A DNA stretch of 43,714 nucleotides from an uncultured delta proteobacterium (GTDB taxonomy: Bacteria > Desulfobacterota > Binatia > UBA9968), in assembly GCA_963755715.1 (NCBI GenBank), contig CAVWLW010000047.1, positions 1 through 43,714 on the forward strand. Direction: 5' to 3'. The translations under genes were made by a program, and so were the position numbers. A model generated the notes under the pieces. That model ran no database searches. It saw only the letters and a program-made list of their open reading frames with translations, and was not told the DNA's origin. Positions within the stretch are counted from its first letter, which is position 1; each line of letters opens with the position of its first letter. Positions 8,627 to 18,819 of the stretch are shown one piece after another.

Positions 8627-10843
8627 TCAGGAAAACAGCTGGCGCACGCGGGTCTGAATGTCATCGCGGGTGGCGCGAAAAGCGCTTATGACTTGTTGCT
8701 CGTCGCCGACCGCTCGGGTGGGATCGGCGAGCGGCCAGCGACTATGCTTGGCTCGGGGCGCCAGCGCAGCGCACGGTTCGTCCGCGTCGCCGCACAGCGT
8801 CACGACGTGATCAATCCTGTCGAGCGGGATCGCGTCTACGGCTTTGGCGTACTGCTTGGATATATCGATACCGGATTCGTGCATCACCCGGATGGCGAGC
8901 GGATGAAGCGATTTCGGCTCTGTTCCCGCGCTGTAGATCTTATATCGATCCGATGCCAATTGGCGCGCGAAGCCTTCCGCCATTTGGCTGCGGCAAGAGT
9001 TGGCCACGCAGAGAAATAGGATCGCTTCTTGATCCTTTTTGATTTCCGCCGCGATCGGCAAACGGACGCGTACCGTGGTACCTTTTTTCAGCACGCTTTC
9101 GATCGTTAGGTCGCCCTTGTGCGCTTGGACGATATGCTTGACAATCGCCAACCCTAACCCCGTGCCGCCGAGATCGCGCGAGCGTGCTTTATCGACTCGA
9201 TAAAATCGTTCGGTGAGACGTGGCAAGTCCTTTTCTGGGATGCCCGGTCCAGTGTCGCTCACGGTGATTTCAATATAGCGGTCATGGTTGGTGTTCTGGT
9301 TCGCGCTGCTCGTGGCGGTCAGCGAGACTTGGCCGCCGGCCGGCGTGTACTTGATCGCGTTGTCGACTAGATTGATGAACAATTGCTGCAAGCGGTCGAG
9401 GTCGCCGGCGAGTTTCGGCAGCCCCGGTGTAACTTTGTGCGCCACGGTAATTTTTTTTCTGGCAGCCTGGTCCCAAAACACTTCCAGCACGCGCTGGATC
9501 AGGTGGCCAGCGTCGACGGCTTGAACGGCCAATTGAATTTTGCCGGATTCTAAATCCGACAAAGTGAGCAAATCTTCGGTTAAGCGGCTCAGTCGCTCGG
9601 AGTGACGATCGATGATTTCGAGAAACTGCCGGCTATCTTCAGGGTCCGACGGCGGCGTGTGCAGCAAAGTTTCGACGTAGCCGCGAATGGCCGTCAGTGG
9701 AGTGCGCAGTTCGTGCGAAACGTTTGCCACGAAATCCGAGCGCATCGATTCGAATCGTTTGATGTTGGTCGTATCATGGAACACCAGGATGGAGCCGAGA
9801 AAATCGCCACGAGTGTCGCGCAAGCGCACCGCGTTGACGTGAAACCAACGGTCCTCGTCGAGCTCGATCTGCTTTGAATAGAGCTGCGCGGAGAAATCAA
9901 ACATCAGCACTTCTTCGAGAATCCTATGCACCTCCGGATGGCGCGAGATTTCAAGAATCGAAACCCCGTGAACATCCTTGCCGGCGGGAACATGAAACAT
10001 CGACAACGCTTGCTCGTTCATGACTAAAACCCGCCCCCTGGGATCCAGCACCAGCACCCCTTCGATCATGCAGCGTAAGATGGAATCGGCTTTTTCTTTT
10101 TCCGCCATCACTTGCTGGAGATTGTCTCGAATCTTGAGACTCATCTCATTCAGGTGTTGTTCGACCAAGGCAATCTCATCCTTGCCGTGGGTGAGAAAAA
10201 AGTTCTGTGGAAAGGAGCCGCCCGCCACCTGCCCGGAAAACTGCACCAGACGTTGAAAACGCCGAGTCAAACGCCGGGAAAAAACCCAGGCTAGAACCAG
10301 CCCGGCCGCGGCAGCGACTGCGAGGCCGGCAAGAAGCGAGCGCCGAAAAGAATCGATCACATTATCGATATCCGTGAGCGGTACGGCCACGCGGACGATT
10401 CTTTCCTGGCCGGCGCCAGTTTGATGGAAGGCGCGATAAAGCATGTTGTATCGGACGGTAGTGCTGTAGCGAGTCGCGCGTCCGGTTCCGGAGCGCATGG
10501 CCTCGATCACCTCGGGACGGTTGGCGTGGTTCTCCATCTGCGCCGAGACTTCCGCAGAATCGCCGAGCACGCGACCGTCAGGAGCGATTACTGTGATGCG
10601 TGAGCCGAGCTCGCCGGCGAGTTGGCGGCAGACAGCGTCGAGAGTGACGCCGGTGAGATCGAACGGAACCACGCGCGCGAGCAGGTGCGCTTCCTGCTCC
10701 ATCCGTTCGCTCAGGGAGTCGATATAGAAGTTGCGCAGCAGCGCGTTCGAAGAATAATAAAGACCCAGGAAGAGCAGCGCGATGACGGCAAGATAGGAAA
10801 GGAAGATTTTTGTGACGAGACTACTGTTCCAAAGCCTTTTCAT
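8627..10843 (-). CDS. phoR: PhoR sensor histidine kinase with C-terminal ArsC/LMW-PTP domain
   Basis: 2 TM, HAMP, PAS, NVSHELRTPLT, N/G boxes, FYRVDKARSR, then ILFLCVANSCRSQMAEG...TLCGDADEPC...WPLADP (8627-9025); start may be 10861. Confidence 0.92.
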   Translation of the reverse strand: MKRLWNSSLVTKIFLSYLAVIALLFLGLYYSSNALLRNFYIDSLSERMEQEAHLLARVVPFDLTGVTLDAVCRQLAGELGSRITVIAPDGRVLGDSAEVSAQMENHANRPEVIEAMRSGTGRATRYSTTVRYNMLYRAFHQTGAGQERIVRVAVPLTDIDNVIDSFRRSLLAGLAVAAAAGLVLAWVFSRRLTRRFQRLVQFSGQVAGGSFPQNFFLTHGKDEIALVEQHLNEMSLKIRDNLQQVMAEKEKADSILRCMIEGVLVLDPRGRVLVMNEQALSMFHVPAGKDVHGVSILEISRHPEVHRILEEVLMFDFSAQLYSKQIELDEDRWFHVNAVRLRDTRGDFLGSILVFHDTTNIKRFESMRSDFVANVSHELRTPLTAIRGYVETLLHTPPSDPEDSRQFLEIIDRHSERLSRLTEDLLTLSDLESGKIQLAVQAVDAGHLIQRVLEVFWDQAARKKITVAHKVTPGLPKLAGDLDRLQQLFINLVDNAIKYTPAGGQVSLTATSSANQNTNHDRYIEITVSDTGPGIPEKDLPRLTERFYRVDKARSRDLGGTGLGLAIVKHIVQAHKGDLTIESVLKKGTTVRVRLPIAAEIKKDQEAILFLCVANSCRSQMAEGFARQLASDRYKIYSAGTEPKSLHPLAIRVMHESGIDISKQYAKAVDAIPLDRIDHVVTLCGDADEPCAALAPRAKHSRWPLADPTRAVGDEQQVISAFRATRDDIQTRVRQLFS

Positions 10844-11546
10844 CGAATTTATAGCCGACACCTCGGAGCGTGAGTATCCATTTCGGTTTGCTGTCGTCCT
10901 TTTCGATCGCTTTTCTCAAGCGGCGAATATGGACATCGACCGTGCGCGGAGTGACGTAGGTTTCGCCGCCCCAGACCCGATCGAGCAATTGATCGCGGCT
11001 CAACACCCGGTTGGGATTCTGGACCAAAAATCGCAGAAGCTCAAATTCTTTTAATGTCAGCTTGATATTGTTTCCACGGGCGAAGACTTCATAGGTGCTG
11101 AAATCGATTTTTAGACCGCCTTTGTCGTAGGCCGGTAAATTGTCCGTCGGCTTGGCGCTTTCCACCCGTCGCAGGATGGCCCGCACCCGCGCGACGAGCT
11201 CGCGCGGGCTGAAAGGTTTGGTCAGATAGTCGTCGGCGCCCATTTCAAGACCGACAATGCGGTCCGCTTCGCCCGCTTTGGCGGTAAGCATGAGCACGGG
11301 CAGTCTTTCAGTCTCTGAACGTTCGCGAAGGATCTTGCACAGTTCCATACCGGATAATCCGGGCAACATCAGATCCAAAATGACCAGATCCGGTTTGTCC
11401 CGCTGGACGATCTTTAACCCTTGCTCGCCGTCTTCGGCTTCCAGAACCTTGAAGCGCTCTTGAGCCAGGTTGTAGTTGACGAGCTTGCGGATATCCGGCT
11501 CGTCTTCGACGATTAAAATCTTTTGTCCGGTTTTTGCCATTTTCAC
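10821..11546 (-). CDS. phoB: phosphate regulon response regulator (OmpR/PhoB family)
   Basis: REC (VEDE, ILDLMLP, KPF) plus winged helix (RTVDVHIRRLR, RGVGY); in pst operon. Confidence 0.93.
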   Translation of the reverse strand: MKMAKTGQKILIVEDEPDIRKLVNYNLAQERFKVLEAEDGEQGLKIVQRDKPDLVILDLMLPGLSGMELCKILRERSETERLPVLMLTAKAGEADRIVGLEMGADDYLTKPFSPRELVARVRAILRRVESAKPTDNLPAYDKGGLKIDFSTYEVFARGNNIKLTLKEFELLRFLVQNPNRVLSRDQLLDRVWGGETYVTPRTVDVHIRRLRKAIEKDDSKPKWILTLRGVGYKFDEKALEQ

Positions 11547-11552
11547 ACGCTA

Positions 11553-12239
11553 TTATATTGACGGTGGCAATTCTTTCATGTGACGGATGCTTTTGCCTTT
11601 GACCATGAAGATGACCATTTCCGCGATATTCGTCGCGTGGTCGGCCATGCGCTCGAGGTATTTCGAAATCGCGCTGATTTTAATCGCGCGACTCACGGTG
11701 TGCGGGTCCTCGATCATGAAAGTGATGACTTCGCGGAAGATCTGGCTGTTGAGCTGATCGATCTCTTCGTCATCCTTGCAGACCTTGAGAGCGAGGCTCG
11801 TGTCCTCGCGCACGAAAGCGTCCAAGCTTTCGCGGGTCATTCGTTGGGCGATACGGGCCATACGCGGGATATCGATATAGGGTTTGAGCTGCGGCTCCTG
11901 GTTAAGCTCCAGGGCTCGCTCGCAGGTGTTAACGGCCATGTCGCCGATCCGTTCGAGATCGGTGGTGATTTTCAAACCCGTCGTGATGAAGCGCAAATCC
12001 TTTCCTGCCGGTTGATGCAAGGCGAGCAGACGAATGCACAGATCGTCGATTTCCACGTCCAGACGATTTACTTCGTGGTCGCGCTCGATGATGATCTTCG
12101 CCAGCTCGGAATCGCGGTCGACCAGCGATTTGACGGCTTTTTGGATCTGATCCTCGACCAGCCCGCCCATGTAGAGAATCTCCTCATGGAGCTTTTTCAG
12201 GTCTTCTTCGTATTTCTTGTCGGTATGTTCCGCTTTCAT
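11553..12239 (-). CDS. phoU: phosphate signaling complex protein PhoU
   Basis: QPAGKDLR, DLERIGD, LERMADHATNIAE. Confidence 0.97.
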   Translation of the reverse strand: MKAEHTDKKYEEDLKKLHEEILYMGGLVEDQIQKAVKSLVDRDSELAKIIIERDHEVNRLDVEIDDLCIRLLALHQPAGKDLRFITTGLKITTDLERIGDMAVNTCERALELNQEPQLKPYIDIPRMARIAQRMTRESLDAFVREDTSLALKVCKDDEEIDQLNSQIFREVITFMIEDPHTVSRAIKISAISKYLERMADHATNIAEMVIFMVKGKSIRHMKELPPSI

Positions 12240-12249
12240 GGCGCACCTC

Positions 12250-13122
12250 TTAGCCGAATCGGCCAGTGATGTAATCTTCAGTCTGGCGTTTTTGCGGCGT
12301 CGTGAACAGCGTTCCGGTTTCGCCGAACTCGATCAACTCGCCTACGTAGAAAAAAGCGGTGTAATCCGATACCCGGGCCGCCTGTTGCATATTGTGCGTG
12401 ACGATGACAATGGTCACCGTTTCCTTCAGCTCGTGAATAAGCTCCTCGATCTTGGTCGTGGCGATGGGATCGAGCGCGGAGCAGGGCTCGTCCATCAGCA
12501 GGACGTCGGGATCAACTGCCAGCGCCCGCGCGATACAGAGTCGTTGCTGTTGGCCGCCGGAAAGACTTGTTCCGGGCTGCTTCAGCTTGTCTTTGACTTC
12601 GTCCCATAGCGCGGCGTTTTTGAGGCTCTTCTGGACTTTTTCCGCGATGAGCTGGTGGTCGCGAATGCCATTTAATTTATAGCCCGATGCAACGTTGTCG
12701 TGGATCGACATGCTAGGAAACACGTTCGGTTTTTGAAATACCATGCCGACGCGCCGGCGGACGTCGACGGGATCAACCCCGGGTCCGTAAAGATCCTGGC
12801 CATCGAGCAGCACTCTGCCTTCGACGCGGCCACCGGGTGTGACTTCGTGCATTCGGTTAAGGCACCGGATAAAAGTCGACTTGCCGCAGCCCGATGGTCC
12901 GATCAAAGCCGTTACTTTGTTCGTTCCTATCGAAAGATCGATGTCCTTAACGGCTTGGAAGTCTCCGTAATAAACATTCAATTGCTCTACTTTGAGCCGT
13001 AGCTGTTCCGGCGCAATCGAAGGTTCAGTCTTCGAAGAACGAGATTCATCGTCGCTTTTTCGGCTTTTCCTTTCGCCGGATGTGAATCTTTCTTCCTTCA
13101 TCTGCAGTCCCCCGTTATTCAT
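12250..13122 (-). CDS. pstB: phosphate ABC transporter ATPase
   Basis: [40 protein letters not shown]. Confidence 0.97.
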   Translation of the reverse strand: MNNGGLQMKEERFTSGERKSRKSDDESRSSKTEPSIAPEQLRLKVEQLNVYYGDFQAVKDIDLSIGTNKVTALIGPSGCGKSTFIRCLNRMHEVTPGGRVEGRVLLDGQDLYGPGVDPVDVRRRVGMVFQKPNVFPSMSIHDNVASGYKLNGIRDHQLIAEKVQKSLKNAALWDEVKDKLKQPGTSLSGGQQQRLCIARALAVDPDVLLMDEPCSALDPIATTKIEELIHELKETVTIVIVTHNMQQAARVSDYTAFFYVGELIEFGETGTLFTTPQKRQTEDYITGRFG

Positions 13123-13981
13123 GTGATTTCCCCCTCAAGAATGCTCGGGTCATGACGCTTGTCACCAATACTACCATCATCAATACGAAAGAGGCAGCCC
13201 AGGCTTTTTGGTGCCAGTCGTCATAGGGACCGGTCGCGTAAGTATAGATCAGCATCGGTACGGTCGCGATGGGCTTGCCGAGATTCAAATTCCAAAACGG
13301 ATTGCCGAACGCGGTGAACAGCATCGGCGCCGCTTCTCCCAGGGCTCGGGAAAAAGCCAAGACGGCGCCGGTGAGTAACGCCGTCCGCGACACGGGTAAC
13401 ACGACACCGAGGATCGTCCGCCATTTCGGCACGCCGAGAGCTAAAGAGGCTTCGCGCAAAGACGACGGAACCAGCCGGAAGGCTTCATGGGATGTGATCA
13501 GTATGATCGGAACCATGATGAAGGCATAAGCGATGGACCCCGATAATCCGGAGAACGAACCCATGGGTCGAACCACCATTTCGTACGCGAACAGACCAAC
13601 AACGATGGACGGTACGCCGGTCAGGACTTCCGCCATGAAGCGCACAGTTCTGCCGAGTCGCGCGCTGGGAAATTCGTTGACGAAGATCGCGGCGCCGAGA
13701 CCAATGGGCATCGCGATCAGTACGGCGCATGCCACAACCAGCACACTGCCAACCAGCGCATTGGCAATACCGCCACCGGACTCGCCGGGAGGCAAGGGCA
13801 AACCGGTAAGAAAGTTCCAGTCGATCGCCGACGCGCCGTTGTAGATCACGTAGCCGAGAATCATAAATAGAAAAAATACCGTCACGGCGGTGCAAAGCAC
13901 CATACCCGCGCCGGCCAACCGTTCCGTGGCTCGGCGGAATTGATAGTGGCGGCGCTCAGCTGCGCTATGTTGGTTGACCAT
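13115..13981 (-). CDS. pstA: phosphate ABC transporter permease
   Basis: [27 protein letters not shown]. Confidence 0.95.
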   Translation of the reverse strand: MVNQHSAAERRHYQFRRATERLAGAGMVLCTAVTVFFLFMILGYVIYNGASAIDWNFLTGLPLPPGESGGGIANALVGSVLVVACAVLIAMPIGLGAAIFVNEFPSARLGRTVRFMAEVLTGVPSIVVGLFAYEMVVRPMGSFSGLSGSIAYAFIMVPIILITSHEAFRLVPSSLREASLALGVPKWRTILGVVLPVSRTALLTGAVLAFSRALGEAAPMLFTAFGNPFWNLNLGKPIATVPMLIYTYATGPYDDWHQKAWAASFVLMMVVLVTSVMTRAFLRGKSHE

Positions 13982-13992
13982 GATTCAGCCTT

Positions 13993-14985
13993 TCATTCAA
14001 ACACGGCAACATGCCCTTTCGATAACCGCCAGATGAGATACTGCGCACACAAACTAATGATGATGGTAATGCCGAATAGAACCAATCCGACGTAGATCAG
14101 GGAGGAAACATACAGGCTATAGGTTGCTTCAGTAAATTCACTGGCGATTTGACTGGCCATGCTGTGCACCGGATCAAAAAGTGAATGGATCATCGCGAAA
14201 GAATTGCCACCGACCATCGTTACGGCCATCGTCTCGCCAATGGCTCGGCCAAGACCGAGAATGACTGCGCCAAATAGCCCGACCCGGGCGTAAGGTAAAG
14301 CGACCTGCCAGATTGATTCCCATTTGGTCGCGCCCAAGGCCAGCATGCCCTCGATCTGCGGGCGCGGCACGGTTAGTAAAATATCCCGCGAGACAGCGGT
14401 GATAATCGGAATGATCATGATCGCGAGAATCACGCTGCCGGAAAGCACGCCGACACCGTAAACCGCCGGACCGTCGAACAGGAAAAACCAGCCGAAATTT
14501 GCCTTGAGCCAGATTTGCAATGAGCGGATCACTGGCACCATAATGAACAAAGCCCACAGGCCGAACACGATACTGGGAACGCCGGCCAGTAATTCGATCG
14601 GATACGAAATGAAGGGGCGGAGCCATTTCGGTAGATAGAAGCTGATGAAAACCGCCGAACCGATACTGATAGGCACGGCAAGCAAGAGGGCGATGAAAGC
14701 CTTGACCAGTGTGCCAATGATAGTCGGCAGTGTGCTGAACTCGCGCTTAACGGGGTCCCAGGTAGTTCCGACCAGGAATTTCAGGCCGAAAGTCTGAATC
14801 GCCTCCCACGCGCCGCGGAAGAGATCGAACACCAACAAGAAAGCTAGAAGGATTACAATAAGAGCAAAGGCTTGCGTTACGCGGTAGAATAATCGATCGC
14901 CGACATTGATGACTCGCGTGTCATGGTGTACGACTCTCGCCGCGCTCCCGGTAGAAAATGTGCTATCGATAGTTTGGTCGCTCAT
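13993..14985 (-). CDS. pstC: phosphate ABC transporter permease
   Basis: ELLAGVPSIVFGLW, LALGATKWE, GRAIGETMAV; ATG 14985 with GGGAG RBS. Confidence 0.95.
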   Translation of the reverse strand: MSDQTIDSTFSTGSAARVVHHDTRVINVGDRLFYRVTQAFALIVILLAFLLVFDLFRGAWEAIQTFGLKFLVGTTWDPVKREFSTLPTIIGTLVKAFIALLLAVPISIGSAVFISFYLPKWLRPFISYPIELLAGVPSIVFGLWALFIMVPVIRSLQIWLKANFGWFFLFDGPAVYGVGVLSGSVILAIMIIPIITAVSRDILLTVPRPQIEGMLALGATKWESIWQVALPYARVGLFGAVILGLGRAIGETMAVTMVGGNSFAMIHSLFDPVHSMASQIASEFTEATYSLYVSSLIYVGLVLFGITIIISLCAQYLIWRLSKGHVAVFE

Positions 14986-15008
14986 TAAGCTTCTCCCGGG
15001 AAAAGTTA

Positions 15009-15044
15009 TGCGCAGCCGACACACCGCTCCATGCCGGCTGCGCA
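15009..15044. terminator. pstS-pstC intergenic stem-loop
   Basis: 10-bp inverted repeat tgcgcagccg/cggctgcgca flanked by A/T runs. Confidence 0.6.
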
Positions 15045-15062
15045 GAAAAAAACGAAGATGGC

Positions 15063-16127
15063 TTACTTCAAAACGATCTGGTTGTTGACTTTTATCTTTT
15101 TTGTCAGGGCTTCAGCTTTTTTGACCGCGACTCCCTTCAACGCCGCGTAGTCCAACGGTGTCGCGTACTTCTGGCCATCATGAAGCATCCACCACGCGAG
15201 ATTTGCCACCGCATCCCCCTTCGCAGCATCGGTTTGATTTTCGTACACCAGCAGCCACGTGAAGCCGGAAATCGGGTAAGCGCTGGGGTTTGCGCTATCG
15301 GTAATGGAAACTTCCATGTTGTCTGGAAGATTGGCGACGTCGGCCGCTGCAGCCGCGCCTTCCAGGCTTGGATCGAGAAATTTCTTCGCCTTATTTTGCA
15401 TCTGCGCCCATGGGATTTTGTTCTGCTTGGCGTAAGCCACTTCGACGTATCCGATCGCGCCGGGAATTTGCTTTACGGAGTTTGCGACGCCCTCATTTCC
15501 CTTACCCCCCACGTCTCCTGGCCAGTTGACTGAAGTCGCCGAACCCACTTTCTCTTTCCACTCGGAGCTGACTTTCGCGAGGTAATCCGTGAAGATGAAG
15601 GTTGTTCCGGAACCGTCCGAGCGGTGTACTACGGCCACGGTCAAATCGGGAAGTTTGACACCCGTGTTTGCGGCCGCAATCCGCTTATCGTTCCAGTTAG
15701 TAATTTTCTTTAGATAGATGTCGGCCAGAACGTCTGGGGTGAGCTTTAGTTGGCTTGTGTTAACACCCGGCAGATTAAAAACCACCGCCACGGCGCCTGA
15801 AACCATAGGGATATGTAGCACCGCGCCACCTTTGGCAGCCGCTTTTTGCTTTTCATCCATGATGCCGTCCGATGCGCCAAAATCCACAGTCATTTCACTG
15901 AGCTGTCGAATTCCGCCGCCCGAGCCGATCGATTGATAATTTACTTTCACACTGCATGCTTTATCGTACTCACTAAACATCTTTGAGTAGAGCGGATAAG
16001 GAAATGTAGCGCCCGCTCCCGTCATCTCTTTGACGCCCTTGGCCGGGCATCCTGCCGCCAAGACCTGCGTCGCGCTTACGGATAGCGCCGCGATTGCAAA
16101 CCCTAGCAAAATCTTCTTAACGCTCAT
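15063..16127 (-). CDS. pstS: phosphate ABC transporter substrate-binding protein
   Basis: Signal peptide, GAGATFP, YQSIGSGGG, DFGASD, RSDGSGTT, YPISGFTW. Confidence 0.97.
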   Translation of the reverse strand: MSVKKILLGFAIAALSVSATQVLAAGCPAKGVKEMTGAGATFPYPLYSKMFSEYDKACSVKVNYQSIGSGGGIRQLSEMTVDFGASDGIMDEKQKAAAKGGAVLHIPMVSGAVAVVFNLPGVNTSQLKLTPDVLADIYLKKITNWNDKRIAAANTGVKLPDLTVAVVHRSDGSGTTFIFTDYLAKVSSEWKEKVGSATSVNWPGDVGGKGNEGVANSVKQIPGAIGYVEVAYAKQNKIPWAQMQNKAKKFLDPSLEGAAAAADVANLPDNMEVSITDSANPSAYPISGFTWLLVYENQTDAAKGDAVANLAWWMLHDGQKYATPLDYAALKGVAVKKAEALTKKIKVNNQIVLK

Positions 16128-16168
16128 TCAATTACCCTCCTCTTTTTCTTGTTAATTAAGCGCCGATT

Positions 16169-16207
16169 GTTACGGCAAGGTTACGGAATCGTTAAGCTTG
16201 GGATAAC
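16169..16207 (-). promoter_or_regulatory. Pho-box-like array upstream of pstS
   Basis: GTTAC/GTTAC/GTTAA/GATAA at 16169, 16180, 16191, 16202 (11-bp period). Confidence 0.7.
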
Positions 16208-16300
16208 AGCGCAGGGGCTTCGACAACGGGACCGGATTTTCATAGACTGGCTTGCAATGCTTCTCATTGTCGCTTTCGACGGAAGAGTTATTGTTCGGTG

Positions 16301-16339
16301 GTGAATGCTGTGTTAAGGAACGGTAAAAAACCTGTTAAT
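16301..16339. promoter_or_regulatory. second Pho-box-like array in the pstS / TMK-like divergent region
   Basis: GTGAA/GTTAA/GTAAA/GTTAA at 16301, 16312, 16323, 16334 (11-bp period). Confidence 0.55.
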
Positions 16340-16485
16340 AAAAGTACGAAATTGGCGGATTACAGTCGCGGCGTAATCTAAATTTAACGGAACGGCTGGC
16401 AAATTACGTATGCAAAAAGCCGTTTCCTTTGATACGTTGCTTCGCCGTGAATGGTAACTTTTGGGAGTGATTGGATAGGACGACT

Positions 16486-17220
16486 ATGGCTGGTGGAATG
16501 AAAATGTACGGCAAACACCGCTTTCCCGGGCGTCTGTTTATCGTCGAAGGGATCGACGGCTCGGGCAAAAGCACGCAGTTAATGCTGTTGCAGAAATGGC
16601 TCGAGTCCGAAGGTTATGTGGTTTATTTCAGCGAATGGAATTCCTCGCCGCTGGTGCATGAGGTGACCAAGCGCGGCAAGAAAAAGAAGATGTTAACCGG
16701 GATGACGTTTAGCCTGATTCATGCCACCGATTTCGCGGACCGCACCGAGCATCATATCATTCCGCCCCTCAAAGCCGGTGCGGTGGTACTCGCGGATCGG
16801 TACATTTACACGGCGTTCGCGCGCGACGTCGCGCGCGGTGTGAGCCCCAAGTGGGTACGAGATCTATACGCTTTTGCGGTAAAACCGACCGTAGCCTTCT
16901 ACTTTCGCACGCCCTTGGATGTGGCAATGAAGCGCATCCTTGGCGGCCGCGACGCGCTTAAATACTATGAGGCGGGAATGGATCTCGGCTTGAGCGACGA
17001 TATCGAAGAGAGTTTCGGCCTGTTTCAAAGCCGAATCATCGAAGAGTACGAAAAGATGATCGACGAGTTCGGCCTGGTGGCCATCGATGCGACGCGCTCG
17101 ATCGAGGAACAGCAAGCGGAAGTACGCCGTATTGTATCCGAAGCATTGGCCGGCACCAAAAAGACGAGGATTAGACGATGGCTGGATTTAGCTTCTTTGG
17201 CGAAGGGCTCGCGGGCATAG
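16486..17220 (+). CDS. thymidylate kinase-like protein A (candidate polyphosphate kinase subunit)
   Basis: VEGIDGSGKSTQ P-loop, ADRY, YYEAGMDLGLS; divergent from pstS. Confidence 0.88.
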   Translation: MAGGMKMYGKHRFPGRLFIVEGIDGSGKSTQLMLLQKWLESEGYVVYFSEWNSSPLVHEVTKRGKKKKMLTGMTFSLIHATDFADRTEHHIIPPLKAGAVVLADRYIYTAFARDVARGVSPKWVRDLYAFAVKPTVAFYFRTPLDVAMKRILGGRDALKYYEAGMDLGLSDDIEESFGLFQSRIIEEYEKMIDEFGLVAIDATRSIEEQQAEVRRIVSEALAGTKKTRIRRWLDLASLAKGSRA

Positions 17221-17879
17221 ATCTCGCGGAGCTCAAGGGCAAACTGATCGTTTTGGAAGGGACCGACGGCGTCGGCCGTTCGACGCACATCGGCTTGTTG
17301 AAACAATGGCTGGAAAATCACGGTCATGCGGTTTTGGACACCGGCATGACCCGTTCGGCGTTGGCGGGAAAAAGGCTCAAGCAGGCAAAAGAAGGGCATA
17401 CCCTCGGAGGCATTACTATGAGCCTGTTCTACGCCACCGATTTCGCCGATCGTTTGGAGAACGAGATTATTCCGGCGCTGCGCGCGGGATTCGTCGTGTT
17501 GACCGATCGCTACATTTATTCGCTCATAGCGCGCGCCATCGTGCGCGGCTCGGATCCGGAATGGCTGCGTGAAGTCTACGGCTTTGCGCTGAGGCCCGAC
17601 GCCATTTTTTACTTGCGCTTGCAAATTGACGATCTCGTCACGCGCGTTTTACAGAGTCGGGGATTCGACTACTGGGAATCGGGAATGGATATGCACATGG
17701 GCGAAGACATGTACGAGAGCTTTGTCCGCTATCAGAAATGGCTGCTTGCTGAATTCGACAAGATGGTCGAGACCTTTGGCTTTCAAATCGTCGATGCTTC
17801 CGGTTCCGTCGAAGAGGTGTTTGAGAACTTGCGCGATCGAGTCGATCGGGTGATCGCGCGCAACGGTTACGGCTCCTGA
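17178..17879 (+). CDS. thymidylate kinase-like protein B (candidate polyphosphate kinase subunit)
   Basis: LEGTDGVGRSTH (P-loop Lys to Arg), TDRY, YWESGMD; overlaps gene A by 43 nt. Confidence 0.88.
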   Translation: MAGFSFFGEGLAGIDLAELKGKLIVLEGTDGVGRSTHIGLLKQWLENHGHAVLDTGMTRSALAGKRLKQAKEGHTLGGITMSLFYATDFADRLENEIIPALRAGFVVLTDRYIYSLIARAIVRGSDPEWLREVYGFALRPDAIFYLRLQIDDLVTRVLQSRGFDYWESGMDMHMGEDMYESFVRYQKWLLAEFDKMVETFGFQIVDASGSVEEVFENLRDRVDRVIARNGYGS

Positions 17880-18796
17880 GCGGCTGGTTCGGCCGAGGAT
17901 TCGCTCAAGCCGAGGTCGGTGGAGTCTTCGGCAAGCTTTTCTGCTTTTGCGATGAACTCGTCGATCGTCGCCTGATCGCGCTGTTTCTCTCGCTCCATTT
18001 CCAAAAGGAGAGCGCGGCACATGCCCGGCTCTTCCGCCAAAAAATCAGGCCGGCCGATAAATTCAGCCACATAGCGGCGCAAGACCGAGCGATCGCGCCA
18101 ATCGCCGAGATCATCCTGCAGAGCTTTTAGACCCTGCACTAATTTTTTTACCGAAGTATCGCCGAGCTCGGCAATCGATTCGGCTTGATAGCGCAAGCGT
18201 TTGCCGGAAATACGAAAGGCATGAATTTGTTCGTTTTGGGGCTGTGCTTTCGCCGAGACGAGCGCATTGCGCCATTCGGCAAGCGCTTCTCTCGAGCGTT
18301 GCCAGAGCGGATCAGCGCCCTCGGGTTCCTGATCGATATTTTCAATGCGCGCTTGGACGCGCCCGATGAATTCGATCAGGTCATGTCGTTTTAGCTCGGC
18401 GCAGGCTCTGTCGATCTCCGTGGCGCGCTTTTCCTCAAGCCAAAGTCGCACCGCGTCCCAGGAATGGCGCATCGATACCGCGGTCGTCGCTTCGAGTTTT
18501 GCTTGAATCAAGCCTATGCAGGCATCGACATTGCGGCAGGCGCCGAAGGCGCGACGAACTCTGCGCAAGACCTTAAAGAGTTTTCGGTTGACCGATTTCG
18601 AATGGGGCGGCAACACCCGCAGCGCCTGCTGGAGGCGGCGGCTGGCGACGCGCAGGTCATGGACGATTTCCGGATCATCGCTTACTAGGGCTTTGGGGTA
18701 GAGCGTAACGAAGCGCTCGAGACGTTTGCGCGCCAATTTTACCAATTTGCTTTTTAGCGCAGGATCACGAGTCAGTTGAGCTGGAAGCGCATTCAC
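17867..18796 (-). CDS. CHAD domain polyphosphate-binding protein
   Basis: VHDLRVASRRL, RNVD, IHAFRISGKRLRY, LQDDLGDWRD. Confidence 0.92.
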   Translation of the reverse strand: MNALPAQLTRDPALKSKLVKLARKRLERFVTLYPKALVSDDPEIVHDLRVASRRLQQALRVLPPHSKSVNRKLFKVLRRVRRAFGACRNVDACIGLIQAKLEATTAVSMRHSWDAVRLWLEEKRATEIDRACAELKRHDLIEFIGRVQARIENIDQEPEGADPLWQRSREALAEWRNALVSAKAQPQNEQIHAFRISGKRLRYQAESIAELGDTSVKKLVQGLKALQDDLGDWRDRSVLRRYVAEFIGRPDFLAEEPGMCRALLLEMEREKQRDQATIDEFIAKAEKLAEDSTDLGLSESSAEPAAQEP

Positions 18797-18819
18797 TGTG
18801 AATAGGTCCTGTAGCGAGG

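Noticed and set aside
16486-17879. Calling the pair tmk
   Set aside because: Tandem divergent paralogs in a polyP context, one with a P-loop Arg; canonical dTMP kinase function is not supported.
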